Shown: one piece after another, positions 20,693 to 32,000 of the stretch
Layout: the number at the start of each line of letters is the position of its first letter
Position numbering within the stretch: the stretch's first letter is position 1
DNA from: a bacterium
Lineage (GTDB): Bacteria > Zhuqueibacterota > Zhuqueibacteria > Residuimicrobiales > Krinioviventaceae
Direction: 5' to 3'
DNA: 64,000 nt
Assembly (NCBI GenBank): GCA_963675755.2
Contig: CAXXMD010000002.1
Coordinates: 2,112,001 to 2,176,000 of the forward strand
The notes under the pieces: model-generated
What the model was told of the DNA's origin: nothing
Seen by the model: only the letters and a program-made list of their open reading frames with translations
The model's database searches: none
Program-made: the position numbers and the translations under genes

Positions 20693-21217
20693 TTATTGTA
20701 ATGCTCTATAAGATTTTAAGGATTCATAATCAGAACCAATAATCAGGGTTATGTCTGATTCGACTTCGTCATTTTGTATGCGATAAACCATTTCAGATGA
20801 CACACCAATTAAATCCTGAAATTTATCAATATATTTTCGTTCTTTGCGTTCACGGTTGATGATGACTGTTTTTTCATAATCCCAGTTTGGGGCATTTCCA
20901 ACATCAACAACTTTGTATTTTTTACGTTCAAGCAACTCTGCAAATTCATTTGCAATACCACTCACACCACATCCATTCAATATCTGCACTTTAATAGGAT
21001 CATCAATGGTAAAATCAGATGTAACGGTAGGGGTTTGCTCTGGAGTAACCAGTTTGTGCACAAATGAGGAGATTAAAACCGCATTTACTACAACCAGCGC
21101 CCAAATAAAGAAAAGATTAAAATTCTGTTTTACAGATAATAATAAAGTGTTAGAAGATTTTTTCTTGCTGGATGTATTCCGTTTTACCGGCTTGCGTTGC
21201 TTTTTTCGAGTGCTCAA
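20693..21217 (-). CDS. Membrane-anchored LytR C-terminal domain protein
   Basis: Basic N-terminus, one TM helix, then VQILNGCGVSGIA, GNA and DITLIIGSDY, typical of LytR_C. Confidence 0.85.
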   Translation of the reverse strand: MSTRKKQRKPVKRNTSSKKKSSNTLLLSVKQNFNLFFIWALVVVNAVLISSFVHKLVTPEQTPTVTSDFTIDDPIKVQILNGCGVSGIANEFAELLERKKYKVVDVGNAPNWDYEKTVIINRERKERKYIDKFQDLIGVSSEMVYRIQNDEVESDITLIIGSDYESLKSYRALQ

Positions 21218-21264
21218 ATTGTCTTCCCTTTATTTTTCTGTCAGCAACAATGCTGCTTTCTTTT

Positions 21265-21726
21265 CTACCAGCGATCAAATCGATTGTAATAATAACTTCC
21301 ATAAGGAATCTGGCGGTATTCAAGATCAATTACCATATTCTTGGTGGGTTCATAACGCAAACGTGCACCAGATACAAATGGCCCGCTCTGCAGCATGGAT
21401 AAATTCTCATTATTGCCAAAGGGTTGATGAGAAATTCCCCATTGAAAAGATACGGTAAGGGGCATTTTAAAATGATATGTAAGTGTATTCAAATAGGTAC
21501 TTTGCGTAATTCCCTGGCCTCCAAAAGAGCTATACCCCATCTGATAAGAATGTTGTATATCCAATTGAGAAGGATCAAGACCCAGGATACCCATTGTACT
21601 TGAACCGAGTTTTGCAGTTGTATTCAACAATGTACTGATACTGATCGGTTCATCTAATGGCTTGAACTGACCAAAAGCTACCAGAGGCAGTAAAATCAAG
21701 AATATCAGATTTGTTCGTTTCATCAT
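21265..21726 (-). CDS. Hypothetical secreted protein
   Basis: Signal peptide (...VAFG-QF) and alternating beta-strand segments; has its own upstream promoter-like TTGACA. Confidence 0.75.
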   Translation of the reverse strand: MMKRTNLIFLILLPLVAFGQFKPLDEPISISTLLNTTAKLGSSTMGILGLDPSQLDIQHSYQMGYSSFGGQGITQSTYLNTLTYHFKMPLTVSFQWGISHQPFGNNENLSMLQSGPFVSGARLRYEPTKNMVIDLEYRQIPYGSYYYNRFDRW

Positions 21727-21761
21727 ATCAGTTTACCAGTATTGTTTAATTGCATTACACA

Positions 21762-21789
21762 AAATTAAAAAAAAATGTCATAATGTCAA
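21762..21789 (-). promoter_or_regulatory. sigma70-type promoter (TTGACA-N16-TAATTT)
   Basis: Minus strand reads gTTGACA ttatgacatttttttt TAATTT upstream of the 21726 ORF. Confidence 0.5.
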
Positions 21790-21814
21790 CAGATATTTAC
21801 AGGTGACAAAAATT

Positions 21815-22654
21815 TCACACCGCTATAAAACAGTTATCAATCAGGCGTGTAGTACTGATATAAACAGCAAGCATTACATTGATATTTCCAGTGATTGTTG
21901 TTATCGGTTTTAAATTCTCAGAATCAACTATCTCTACATAATCAATGCGTGCATGCTCTGCAGTGCCAATATGCGCTTTTAACTTTTTTAAAAGCGTTTC
22001 AACATCCCTCTCACCCTCTTTAACCGCGTTTTTTGCAATGTCCAATGCCTGGTTCAAAACCAGGGCTTCTTTACGCTCTACAGGTGACAAGTATTTATTT
22101 CTTGAACTCATGGCCAACCCATCCGGTTCCCGAACAATTGGCGCCAGAACAATTTCAACATCCATGTTCAGGTCCTGTACCATTTTTTCGATAATACGGG
22201 CCTGCTGAAAATCTTTTTGTCCAAATACTGCAAGGTGGGGTTTTACAATATTGAACAGTTTTGTTACAACTGTTGTAACCCCATCAAAATGCCAGGGACG
22301 AGAAGCGCCGCAAAGTCCTTCTGTCAATTCTTTAACATGAACTATTGTTACCGGCTTAATATACATCTCATCATCTGTGGGCACAAACAAAACATCCGTA
22401 CCATTCTCATATGCCATTTTTTTATCATGTTCCAGATCACGGGGATAACTGGCATAATCTTCTTTAGGACCAAACTGTGTGGGATTCACGTAAATACTGG
22501 TTACAACACAATCAGATTTTTCAGCAGCTATGCGCATGAGCGATGTATGCCCGTCATGCAGATATCCCATTGTAGGAACAAGCGCAATAGTTTTTCCCGC
22601 ACGTCTCCATTCATCAGCTTGACGCTGCATCTCTTTAACTGATTGGATGATCAT
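21815..22654 (-). CDS. panC: Pantoate--beta-alanine ligase
   Basis: Motifs VPTMGYLHDGH, VNPTQF, FGQKD, REPDGLAMSSRN and RLIDN. Confidence 0.97.
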   Translation of the reverse strand: MIIQSVKEMQRQADEWRRAGKTIALVPTMGYLHDGHTSLMRIAAEKSDCVVTSIYVNPTQFGPKEDYASYPRDLEHDKKMAYENGTDVLFVPTDDEMYIKPVTIVHVKELTEGLCGASRPWHFDGVTTVVTKLFNIVKPHLAVFGQKDFQQARIIEKMVQDLNMDVEIVLAPIVREPDGLAMSSRNKYLSPVERKEALVLNQALDIAKNAVKEGERDVETLLKKLKAHIGTAEHARIDYVEIVDSENLKPITTITGNINVMLAVYISTTRLIDNCFIAV

Positions 22655-22660
22655 TTAAAA

Positions 22661-23479
22661 TTAAAAACTCTCTTTATCTGACGGAAAATCGCTTCGCTTA
22701 ATGTCTTCCGAATATTCTGAACATGCTTTTCGGATTGCCTGACCAATTTCCGCATAACGACGTACAAATTTAGGTTTAAATTTTTCATACATCCCCAGCA
22801 TATCGTGGGTAACCAGAATCTGACCATCACAATGCGGTCCGGCTCCTATCCCGATTGTAGGGATTTGCAAAGCTTCAGTCACCTGTTTTGCAAGTTCAGC
22901 AGGGATCTTTTCAAGAACCAGCGAAAAAATACCGGCATCCTGTAAAGCTGTAGCATCCGATAAAAGTTTTTCCGCATCAATAGCAGATGTAGCTTGTAAT
23001 CCGTATCCGCCCAACTGGTGAACAGATTGCGGACGAAGCCCCAAATGCCCCATAACCGGCATTCCGCATGTAACCATTCGGTGTACGGTTTCGGCAATTT
23101 CTTTACCGCCTTCAACCTTGACAGCTTCTACATTAGCTTCTTTGAAAAAACGTCCTGCGTTTTTCAATGCCTCTTCAACAGATACCTGGTAAGACATAAA
23201 GGGCATATCCGTTACAAATAACGCCCTTTCTATTCCTCTGCTAACCGCTTTACAATGGTACAGCGCTTCATCCATAGTTAGAGGTAACGTATTTTTATTG
23301 CCGCCAAAAACCATCGATCCGGAATCACCAACAAGAATCAGATCAATTCCTGCCTGGTCTAACAAGCTTGCTAATAGAAAATCATAGGCTGTTAATGCAG
23401 AAATCCGCTCACCACGGGATTTCATAGCGATCAGTGAAGGTACGGTGACTTTTTTTGTTTCAGGTGTATGACTACTCAT
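22661..23479 (-). CDS. panB: 3-methyl-2-oxobutanoate hydroxymethyltransferase
   Basis: Motifs LTAYD, LVGDS, DMPFMSY, VKVEGG, GHLGLRPQ and IGIGAG..CDGQILV. Confidence 0.97.
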   Translation of the reverse strand: MSSHTPETKKVTVPSLIAMKSRGERISALTAYDFLLASLLDQAGIDLILVGDSGSMVFGGNKNTLPLTMDEALYHCKAVSRGIERALFVTDMPFMSYQVSVEEALKNAGRFFKEANVEAVKVEGGKEIAETVHRMVTCGMPVMGHLGLRPQSVHQLGGYGLQATSAIDAEKLLSDATALQDAGIFSLVLEKIPAELAKQVTEALQIPTIGIGAGPHCDGQILVTHDMLGMYEKFKPKFVRRYAEIGQAIRKACSEYSEDIKRSDFPSDKESF

Positions 23480-23497
23480 AGATTTGAAATATCTTTA

Positions 23498-24421
23498 TTA
23501 AAAATGACCGGATAATGTAAAACGATTCAGACTCCCCAAAACTCCCATTGAAGAATAGGAATAATCAATATTAAAGCTGGAAAAGATCAAACCAAATCCA
23601 ACTGCACCACCAGCAAACGTATCATTTGAAGAATCTACATGCATTTTGCGGCCAACCAGATCATAACCCAATCTGAACAGCAACCGTTCGGAAAGTGTAA
23701 ATTCACCGCCAACAATACCCTGAAAAGATTCGTCAGAATACTTGTAAACATTCACATTTAATAAAAGAGGTAAGTGTGCCAGTCTTTTTGAAAATCCTGC
23801 ACGGAGGTTCATTGGCAGGTCGTCTTTGGTCTCAACAAAAGCAGAGACAGCCTGACCAACATTAAAAAATCCAGCGGCAAATGTTAAATTCTGTGAAGGA
23901 ATGGTATACATAATTCCACCGTCAACTGCAACCGCATCGGCAGAATAATTATCAATAGTGGCGTGAATATATTTACCGGTAAAACCGACAGAAAGATTAT
24001 CCATCACTTTTATTGCATATGTAGCATTAAAAGCAACATTATTTACCCCAAATGATCCCAAAGATTCACCGGTTTGGTCTAATTTTTCAAAGTCACCATA
24101 ATTTTTATATAACACACTGAGACCAACGCTGCCACCCCACAAGTTGGGTTGTACCATGCCGATAAATCCTGTAGAAAAATCCATTATATCATCAGCATAG
24201 GTTGCAGTACCCGCACGGCTGTCAATGGTAGTTATTCCGGCAGGATTATAATGCAGCGCGTTTACATCACCGGTTACGGCCACAAATGCACCGCCCATTG
24301 CCGATGGACGAGCGCCAACATTAGACTTTAGAAACTGAAATCCCGTTGTTCCCGGAGAATATGCAAAAAGAAATGAATAAAGTAGCAGATTCAAAAAAAC
24401 TGCAAAACCTAATCTCTTCAT
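23498..24421 (-). CDS. PorV/PorQ-family outer membrane beta-barrel protein
   Basis: Signal peptide, then FLK..VGARPSAMGGAFVA...HYNPAG (the PorV/FadL-like N-terminal motif), beta-strands and a C-terminal F. Confidence 0.82.
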   Translation of the reverse strand: MKRLGFAVFLNLLLYSFLFAYSPGTTGFQFLKSNVGARPSAMGGAFVAVTGDVNALHYNPAGITTIDSRAGTATYADDIMDFSTGFIGMVQPNLWGGSVGLSVLYKNYGDFEKLDQTGESLGSFGVNNVAFNATYAIKVMDNLSVGFTGKYIHATIDNYSADAVAVDGGIMYTIPSQNLTFAAGFFNVGQAVSAFVETKDDLPMNLRAGFSKRLAHLPLLLNVNVYKYSDESFQGIVGGEFTLSERLLFRLGYDLVGRKMHVDSSNDTFAGGAVGFGLIFSSFNIDYSYSSMGVLGSLNRFTLSGHF

Positions 24422-24457
24422 AATTTCACCTGTTCAGGTTGATATGTAAAAAAAAAG

Positions 24458-24530
24458 AGCCACCTGTCGGAATCGAACCGACAACCTGCTCATTACGAAT
24501 GAGCTGCTCTACCGACTGAGCTAAGGTGGC
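24458..24530 (-). tRNA. tRNA-Thr (CGT)
   Basis: Sequence GCCACCTTAGCTCAGTCGGTAGAGCAGCTCA-TTCGTAA-TGAGCAGGTTGTCGGTTCGATTCCGACAGGTGGCT, 73 nt, with anticodon CGT and a TTC T-loop; CCA not encoded. Confidence 0.97.
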
Positions 24531-24586
24531 TTTTCAGACAATAAATTTAATTATATTCTTACAGAGAAGCAAGAAAAAATAAATAC

Positions 24587-24946
24587 TTATTGCATATTTT
24601 CAAGCCCTGTCGGTTCCTTGGCGGCATCACTTGCCATTTCATAAACCATTAATCCTGTTATAACAATGGCTGCTGCAATAACAAGCGCAATAAAAGTTAC
24701 GCTGCCTACCATAACAAAAAAATCAATAAACTTGTTTGGGTGTTCACGTTTATGATAACTTTCTATGATAATATCGTAAAACATTTTACCAATAAATAAA
24801 ATGAACAGCAGAATACCCAGCATGATGCGATAAAAACTCATTCGACTTGTTGCGCCCTGAGTAATTGGCCACACCAACCAGAATGCCAGCGCCCATTTAC
24901 CGATTTCTTTAACTATTAAAGTAATTTTTTTACGATTTTGTTCCAT
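24587..24946 (-). CDS. Hypothetical membrane protein (about 3 TM helices)
   Basis: Hydrophobic ORF co-oriented directly after yraN. Confidence 0.7.
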   Translation of the reverse strand: MEQNRKKITLIVKEIGKWALAFWLVWPITQGATSRMSFYRIMLGILLFILFIGKMFYDIIIESYHKREHPNKFIDFFVMVGSVTFIALVIAAAIVITGLMVYEMASDAAKEPTGLENMQ

Positions 24947-24961
24947 CAAAATCACTCTTTA

Positions 24962-25336
24962 TTAAAAAACAGCCCAAAACGCGTTAGGGATATGTTTGAT
25001 ACGCATCTGATTCTGCTTGTACATGACTGCTACAACATCATACCTACAGCTTGTATCTTCTATTTCTTTACGATACATATAGTCTTCAGATGTTGCACAT
25101 ATTCGCTGCTGTTTCCTCTCATCCACCCAGGTTTCTGGCTCACCGAACTGAACTCCATTACTGGTTTTTACTTCAACAAAAACCAGTACATCCTCATCCC
25201 AGGCAATAATATCGATCTCGCCCTCTCGGGTTTTGAAATTTCTATCGACTATCCTGAATCCCTGCTTTTCAAGATATCGAACAGCCTCATCTTCTCCTTT
25301 TCTGCCGGTTTTGACCTTATGCATAGAATTTTTCAT
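24962..25336 (-). CDS. yraN: YraN family PD-(D/E)xK nuclease-fold protein
   Basis: Motifs GRKGEDEA..YL, GEIDIIA, LVFVEVKT, RYDVVAV and HIPNAF. Confidence 0.93.
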   Translation of the reverse strand: MKNSMHKVKTGRKGEDEAVRYLEKQGFRIVDRNFKTREGEIDIIAWDEDVLVFVEVKTSNGVQFGEPETWVDERKQQRICATSEDYMYRKEIEDTSCRYDVVAVMYKQNQMRIKHIPNAFWAVF

Positions 25337-25940
25337 GCAAATCCTCTAATGCTTTGGGACGAAAAGAACGACGGTGAATGGGGCACAAACCATGGTCACG
25401 TATAGCTTTAATATGCATTCGGGTCGGATATCCTTTGTGTTGAGCAAATCCATATTCAGGGTACTTGACATCATACTCGATCATCATTCGGTCACGCGTC
25501 ACTTTGGCGAGTATTGACGCTGCGGCAATAGACATAGACAGTGAATCACCTTTGACAATACATCGGTGCGGCATGTCAAATTTCGGGCCCCGTTTACCAT
25601 CAATTAGCAGAAAATCCTTCATACTCAATTCATCTGCCGCCTGCATCATCCCTTTATAGGTAGCGCCGAGTATATTCAACTCGTCAATCTCTTTATGATC
25701 AATGACTATAATAGCTGTTTCACTGGCATGCTCCAAGATCATATCATACATTAAATCACGTTGACGGGCGGATAGCTTTTTTGAATCTATAATACCTTCA
25801 ATTGATGTCTGATTTTTCTCAAATACAACTGCCGCCGTCACCACAGGACCCGCAAGTGGCCCCCTACCCGCCTCATCAATACCTGCAACATATGTATATT
25901 CCTGTTGCCAGCATTCACGCTCAAACCCTAATAAATCCAT
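25317..25940 (-). CDS. rnhB: Ribonuclease HII
   Basis: Motifs GIDEAGRGPLAGPV, DSKKLS, KGD, IAAASILAKVTRD, HKGYPT and HRRSF. Confidence 0.97.
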   Translation of the reverse strand: MDLLGFERECWQQEYTYVAGIDEAGRGPLAGPVVTAAVVFEKNQTSIEGIIDSKKLSARQRDLMYDMILEHASETAIIVIDHKEIDELNILGATYKGMMQAADELSMKDFLLIDGKRGPKFDMPHRCIVKGDSLSMSIAAASILAKVTRDRMMIEYDVKYPEYGFAQHKGYPTRMHIKAIRDHGLCPIHRRSFRPKALEDLHEKFYA

Positions 25941-25991
25941 ACGTAATAGTCAACTCCTTGTTTCAACCGCACTTAAAATAGTCACATACTG

Positions 25992-28409
25992 TTACAAATG
26001 CAAGCGAAACCCCTTCCAATCAATGAGCTCAAACATGGAACCATCGGTTTCAATTACAACAGCACCATCAAGATCTGTTCGTAATAGCCGGGTACTCCGG
26101 TCTTGAATTTCCATCATCAGGGAATCAGACGGCAGCCCGAACCTGTTTCGCTGCCCCACGGAAACAATCGCAAACTGTGGTGACGTTTTATCTAACAATG
26201 CCTCACCGGTTGCCGTATCACTACCGTGATGACCGATTTTCAGCACATCACATTTCAACAAATTTCCATATTGTAAATATTGAATCTCGGATTCCTTTTC
26301 AGCATCCCCTGTCATGAGAAACTTGAAATTGCCCCACGGAATCAGCAATACCAGCGATGCATTATTCAACTCTGCAGGATGCTCATTCACATAACCGATC
26401 ATCCCACTATCCGGATGCAGTACCATTGCTTTCCCATATTTCCCACATTCGATGATATCCCCAGCAAAAGGATTGGTCCTTTCAACGTTTAGCGATCTTG
26501 CCAGACTGTCAAGCTGGATTTTTAAAGCATTGATCGTATCGCTTGTTGCAGGCCAAACCAGGCTTTTCACATCTAAATTCCGGATCAGGAACGGTGCGCC
26601 TCCGCAATGATCGGAATGTGTGTGTGTAACCACCAACACGTCCAGGGTCTGTATTCCGTTTTGCCGCAGGTATGGGGCAACTATCTGTTCTCCGCAATCA
26701 AAGTATTCCGTTTTCTCACCACAATCAATCAACATCGTGGACCCATCCGGATACTCGAATAAAGCGGCATCCCCCTGTCCCACATCAAAAAAGGTCACCT
26801 TTAATTTATCTTGAGTAAATACAGGCTTCCAGACATTGATAGTAATCAAAACCAGGATTCCAAACACCAATCCTTTGAATACCTGCTTTCTGTTAAAAGC
26901 AGCAGCTAAAACAGATGCCAGCATGGCAAAATAGATCAAAATCCACAACAGCGATGGCCGAGCGGTCTGCAACCCCGCAAAAGGCAGGACACTGCTCCAT
27001 TCAACAATCCATATCATAACCCTTAACAGCCAACCATCCAGCCAAAGGATTAGCACACCCAATGGCTGAAACAATGCAGCGATGATTACACCCACAAAAC
27101 CGGCAGAAACAACAACCATTGTCAGGGGAACAATCAGCAAATTTAACAACAAGGATACAACAGGCACCCGCCCAAAATACCAGGCTGTGAGGGGTAATGT
27201 TGCCAGTTGTGCCGCAAGTGACACAAGAAACAACCTTATCACATTGATCAAAAACCGGTGGTCCTGCTCATAAAGTTGGGTAATTACAGGCTTTAACCAT
27301 CGTGAAAAAGCGCCATACAACAAAACAATCCCCAATACAGCAGTACAGCTCAATTGAAATCCCACCTGAAACAGATCAAGCGGATTCAACAGCAGGATTA
27401 TCATCATTGCAATGGATAAGGTATTAACTGCTGTTGCACGGCGATGAAGCATTTTACCCACTGTATAGGTTCCCGCCATTATTGCCGCGCGCACAACAGG
27501 AGGATGGCTACCGGTCAGCAAAACAAAAAAGTACAGTCCCGCAAGCGTAAGCATTCCCTTGTACCCCGGACTCACGCCCAGTGTTTTAAAAATAAAATTT
27601 AAACCGATCAATATAAACCCCACATGCAAGCCCGATACTGCCAACACATGGATCACCCCCACATTTGCAAAAGCATTGTACAACTCGGTATGAATGTCCT
27701 CCCGTGCCCCCACCAGTAATCCCTTTAACAAGGCTGCCGGTTGCCTTGTCAAACTCTTGTTTACAACATCAAGAACAAACCGCCGTACAGGATAAACCCC
27801 TGCTTGAAGCAACATTTTTCCCTTATTTTCTGCAAGCACCTGCAACATCACATCCGATTCCATAGACATGATTGCATGGATTCCATTTGCCGCTAAATAT
27901 GAACGATAATCAAACCCGCCAGGATTCCTCAATCCCGGTGGTGCGCGCAGATTGCCTTTGCATACAATATGGTCTCCGTATTTCAGCGTTTTGCTCATAT
28001 TATAAATCGTCACTTTTATGTTCCCTGAACATGCAGTAACGTTATAATCAATCCAGATGCTGTCACTCTTGAGGGAAAAAGTTGTCTTTTCCTTCGTGTA
28101 TACGACCGGACCGCAAACAGTACCTTCTATAGCTACCGGTTCTTCCGGGAATGCAATGTATCCAATATGAGTTTGAGGAAACCGATTGCTCTGTTCCATT
28201 CTCACCCAGCCCAATGCAACAAGCGCCAATTGGACCAACACGAAAAATATTATATATTTATAGAACCTGTAAGCAATAATCAAAAAGAAAAAGAGTAAAA
28301 GAATTGTAATATATAGACATACTATACCCACCTGGATATATTTGCCAATAATTATCCCCAATATGATTGGAACGATTGTTAATAGTGCGGGCGGTAATTG
28401 TGTTTTCAA
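25992..28409 (-). CDS. comEC: DNA uptake channel ComEC/Rec2 (OB, competence and MBL domains)
   Basis: Motifs NPGGFDYR, HVLAVSGLHVG, RAAIM, GFQLS, DVGQGDA, HTHSDH, TGD and KIGHHGS. Confidence 0.93.
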   Translation of the reverse strand: MKTQLPPALLTIVPIILGIIIGKYIQVGIVCLYITILLLFFFLIIAYRFYKYIIFFVLVQLALVALGWVRMEQSNRFPQTHIGYIAFPEEPVAIEGTVCGPVVYTKEKTTFSLKSDSIWIDYNVTACSGNIKVTIYNMSKTLKYGDHIVCKGNLRAPPGLRNPGGFDYRSYLAANGIHAIMSMESDVMLQVLAENKGKMLLQAGVYPVRRFVLDVVNKSLTRQPAALLKGLLVGAREDIHTELYNAFANVGVIHVLAVSGLHVGFILIGLNFIFKTLGVSPGYKGMLTLAGLYFFVLLTGSHPPVVRAAIMAGTYTVGKMLHRRATAVNTLSIAMMIILLLNPLDLFQVGFQLSCTAVLGIVLLYGAFSRWLKPVITQLYEQDHRFLINVIRLFLVSLAAQLATLPLTAWYFGRVPVVSLLLNLLIVPLTMVVVSAGFVGVIIAALFQPLGVLILWLDGWLLRVMIWIVEWSSVLPFAGLQTARPSLLWILIYFAMLASVLAAAFNRKQVFKGLVFGILVLITINVWKPVFTQDKLKVTFFDVGQGDAALFEYPDGSTMLIDCGEKTEYFDCGEQIVAPYLRQNGIQTLDVLVVTHTHSDHCGGAPFLIRNLDVKSLVWPATSDTINALKIQLDSLARSLNVERTNPFAGDIIECGKYGKAMVLHPDSGMIGYVNEHPAELNNASLVLLIPWGNFKFLMTGDAEKESEIQYLQYGNLLKCDVLKIGHHGSDTATGEALLDKTSPQFAIVSVGQRNRFGLPSDSLMMEIQDRSTRLLRTDLDGAVVIETDGSMFELIDWKGFRLHL

Positions 28410-29029
28410 TGTAAAATCGTTTTGCTTTTCTCTATCAGCTTTTGGTTCAACGTTTTTACTTCTTCCCTCAGTAAATCAAGATCACCTGAATTATCTATAG
28501 TCATATCCGCGAGCTTGATCTTTTCTTCCTGCGAAAACTGTGCATTGGTCATCTGCTTTGCTTTTTCCGGACTGACCTTGTGACGTTCGCATAATCGCTC
28601 AAGACGTGTTTCCAAAGGAGCGGTTACAGTAACAACAAAATCGGTTTCACAATGCAGACGCAATTCAGTCAACAACGCAGCATCTATAACCACAAAGGTC
28701 ACATCCCGATAATGGTTACAATGAGAAATCATGGTGCGGACACGGTTAATCATAACAGGATGGACGATTTTATTCAGTGCTTGCTTTTGCGCTTCATCAG
28801 CAAATATAATATCACCCAGTTTTTTTCTGTCAACCTGACCATCTTCCAGGAACACAGAATCCCCAAAATGTTCTCTTAGACGCTGACGTGCAAGCAGACT
28901 ATTATCAAGCACCCACTTGCCTGCTTTATCTACATCCACAATGCAAGCGCCTTGCAATTTCAGCAACTTTGCTACTGTTGTTTTTCCGCTTCCCGGACTT
29001 CCGGTTATGCCAACAACAAACTGTCTCAT
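28406..29029 (-). CDS. coaE: Dephospho-CoA kinase
   Basis: Motifs GITGSPGSGKTT, DRKKLG, LNKIVHP, DAALL and IDNSG. Confidence 0.93.
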   Translation of the reverse strand: MRQFVVGITGSPGSGKTTVAKLLKLQGACIVDVDKAGKWVLDNSLLARQRLREHFGDSVFLEDGQVDRKKLGDIIFADEAQKQALNKIVHPVMINRVRTMISHCNHYRDVTFVVIDAALLTELRLHCETDFVVTVTAPLETRLERLCERHKVSPEKAKQMTNAQFSQEEKIKLADMTIDNSGDLDLLREEVKTLNQKLIEKSKTILH

Positions 29030-29038
29030 TTTTTCGCC

Positions 29039-32000
29039 TTACCTGATTATAGCAAGTTTCCCTAAAACATCCTGATCATCATTTTTAACTCTGTAAATAT
29101 AGATCCCCGAGGCTACAGAATTCCCCGCTTCATCACACAAATCCCAATCTGTTCCCCCGTTTCCGTCGGTTTCTTCCAAAGTACGTACATGCAAACCATG
29201 TTCTGTCATTATACGAATTTCAGCGGTTTTTGTCAAGTTCCCAAAGGTGATTTTATCTGTTCCCAATCCGGGTCGATAAGGATTAGGAAACGCAATAACA
29301 TTTGACAGATCAGTTCGGTTAAATAATAAGGTTAACACATCCCCACGCCCTGCCTCTATAGGTATACCGGTTTGACTGGCTACATTTTCCACCCTAACCG
29401 TATAACTGCTTCCAAGCGCACCAAATGCCACATCCGTTTCCAGAACCAATGTTACATAAAGATCATCATGCAATTCTGCAGAAACGACCTGAATATCCTC
29501 TCCCATATCATAATTTTCAGCAATTTCTACAGATGGCCCCATGGCTTCGCTATAATACAATTCAAGCGCATGGTTCCCCTTAAGAATTCCACCGGCAAGA
29601 TAAGGAGCAGTTGGGGTATAGCTTATGGAAACGGTTGCGCTATTTCGCAATGTATCGAGCGGGGTGCGGTCAGCATCTGCAATATCATTACAAGTAACAA
29701 TATAGGTTCCAATCTCCATGGGTTCTTTCCACGACAATAAAACCTGCTGTCCGGATGCGTCAATAGCCGCAGAGGAAGGCCTGCCATAACCGTTAGATAA
29801 CGTGTAATGTGATGCATTTTTCACATCATCGCCCATGGGTTCGCTGAAATACAAACGAATGGATTGGTTAGATTCTGCCAAAGCGGATTCCAGAAAAGGT
29901 TTTGCACCGGAACGCGCAGATACCAGCATTGACAATCCACTGGTTTGCGCGGGCAGATCATTTGAAACGGATATCAAGGCATACCAATACAGAGAATCCG
30001 TCTTTACAGATGTGTCCATATATTTATTTTCAGTGACCAATGCAAGAGGAAAAAGCTCAAATGGAGTTGTTCCCCTATATACCTGGTAAGCTGCTGCGCC
30101 ATCCACGTTTCGCCAGTTTAACGCAATCTGGTTCTCATTTAATGGAGTTGCACTGACGCCAACGGGTATTGCGGGCCCAGTCAAATCGCCAACCAAATTA
30201 AAGGAGCGGGTATATTCACCCGTACCGGCAAAAAACTCGGTACGGCCATCCTTGTCCGCATCCGTAACAATACAACTATTGCTAAGGGCTGTCTGGTAAT
30301 GGTAATCAATCACATAACCTGCATCAGTCTGGTATTCTACAATATATAAATCCGGGAACAGTGTCAGAATAATCTCATCGTCACCGTCATTGTTCAGGTC
30401 ACCACAGCTAACACCTGATGGAAAATCACGTACCGATTCAAACCCAAAAAAACGCCATTCGGCAGTGCGTTCATATTGATTATTTCCGATTTTATCATAC
30501 ACAGCAAAGTACCAATGCCGTGCGTCATAAAAATGTTCTGTATTCAAATTGGGATCAGAATGGCATCCCGCTATAAACTCGTCTTCTCCATCACCATCAA
30601 AGTCCCCGGCACGGATAAAATCAATGCTGTCCATCAAGGGCAGCGAATCAAACCATACATTGCTGTAACTATCATCACCGGTATTTTCATAGATGTAAAT
30701 ATCACCATCATTGTCACCCATCAGAATATCGGTATATCCATCCGCATCAAAATCACCTGTTTCCACATGGGGAACGCCATTAATATTCTCTCCATCGGTC
30801 ACATTGTCCAATGCAGCAACAGAAACAAAATCAGTACCCTGCAACTCCCATATCTCAAAACGGTCTACCTCTGTGATTACATAACGTATAATCATCTCGG
30901 CTTTACCGTCCTGGTCCGCATCCGCGAAACGGCTGGCCCAATACTGTTCCGAACTGCTGCCCGTCAATTCTTTAAAAATTTGCACAGGAAAGCCACCCGG
31001 TTCTGCAGTTGTATAAATATAACTGGAAAATCCAAATCCGCACAACAGTTCCGGCACACCATCACCGGTAACATCGGCCATGTCCCGGGGTATAAGATTT
31101 CCATCAATTACCGCCGTTTCTGCAAGCTCTTCCCCATTATACTCCCAAAAATGAATCTCACCAATATTCCCCTGTTCATCGGCAGAGAACAAGAGCTCGG
31201 GCAATCCATTTTGATTATAATCAAACGTTTTGTTCAATAAATGACCATAGGGTAACAGCAGATTTACCGGAGAATAGTTTGTTACGCTTGTTGGATCTTT
31301 ATCCAGGTTCACACGGTAATATTGCCCGCCATTATCATCGATGGACTCTAATCCGACGCCATTCACAGCTTTGACATAAATTTCCAGATCAGCAGTTACC
31401 TCTGACTGTGATAAATGATAACGCAATTCACGTGTTCTATAGGCCATAGCTGCTTCTGTGAATCCGGCATCGCTTCCAAAAGGTCTGTAATAGACCGAAC
31501 CTTCACACAGATCGTCTGTGCTGAATTGGACCAATACGGAATGCAGATCACTGTCATACATGGGAATGATTTCCATATTGGAAATGACAGGAGCGGATTT
31601 GTCAACAAATATACGCGTATTAGACTCTACTTTTGATCCATCACGATTTTCAACCAGCAATCGAAGGGTATATTCTCCTTCAGTGCCAGGTAATGGGTCC
31701 CAACTGCCAAGGTAGCCATCCAGCACTCGCTTGTCTTCAATGCGTTCAATCAATGTCCATGAATCAGGATTTGTCCCTACACCGTATGACAAGCTATAGC
31801 TCTCAAGCATGGGACTCCAGGCAGAGCCGTAAATATCGATAAAATTTTCAGAAATGCCCTGATCCAGAGTCGGTTCATCAATTCGAACAATGGATGCCAA
31901 AAACGATTCTACAAGCGTCAAGACATTCAATCGCCCCGCCCGAAAATAGGTATCTGTTCCTTCAGTTCCCAAATCATCGGCAGAGCTCATCAACCTGCCT

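Noticed and set aside
24430-24590. tRNA-Thr as an integration site for a genomic island
   Set aside because: No integrase, no duplicated tRNA 3' end seen, and the flanking genes are core.
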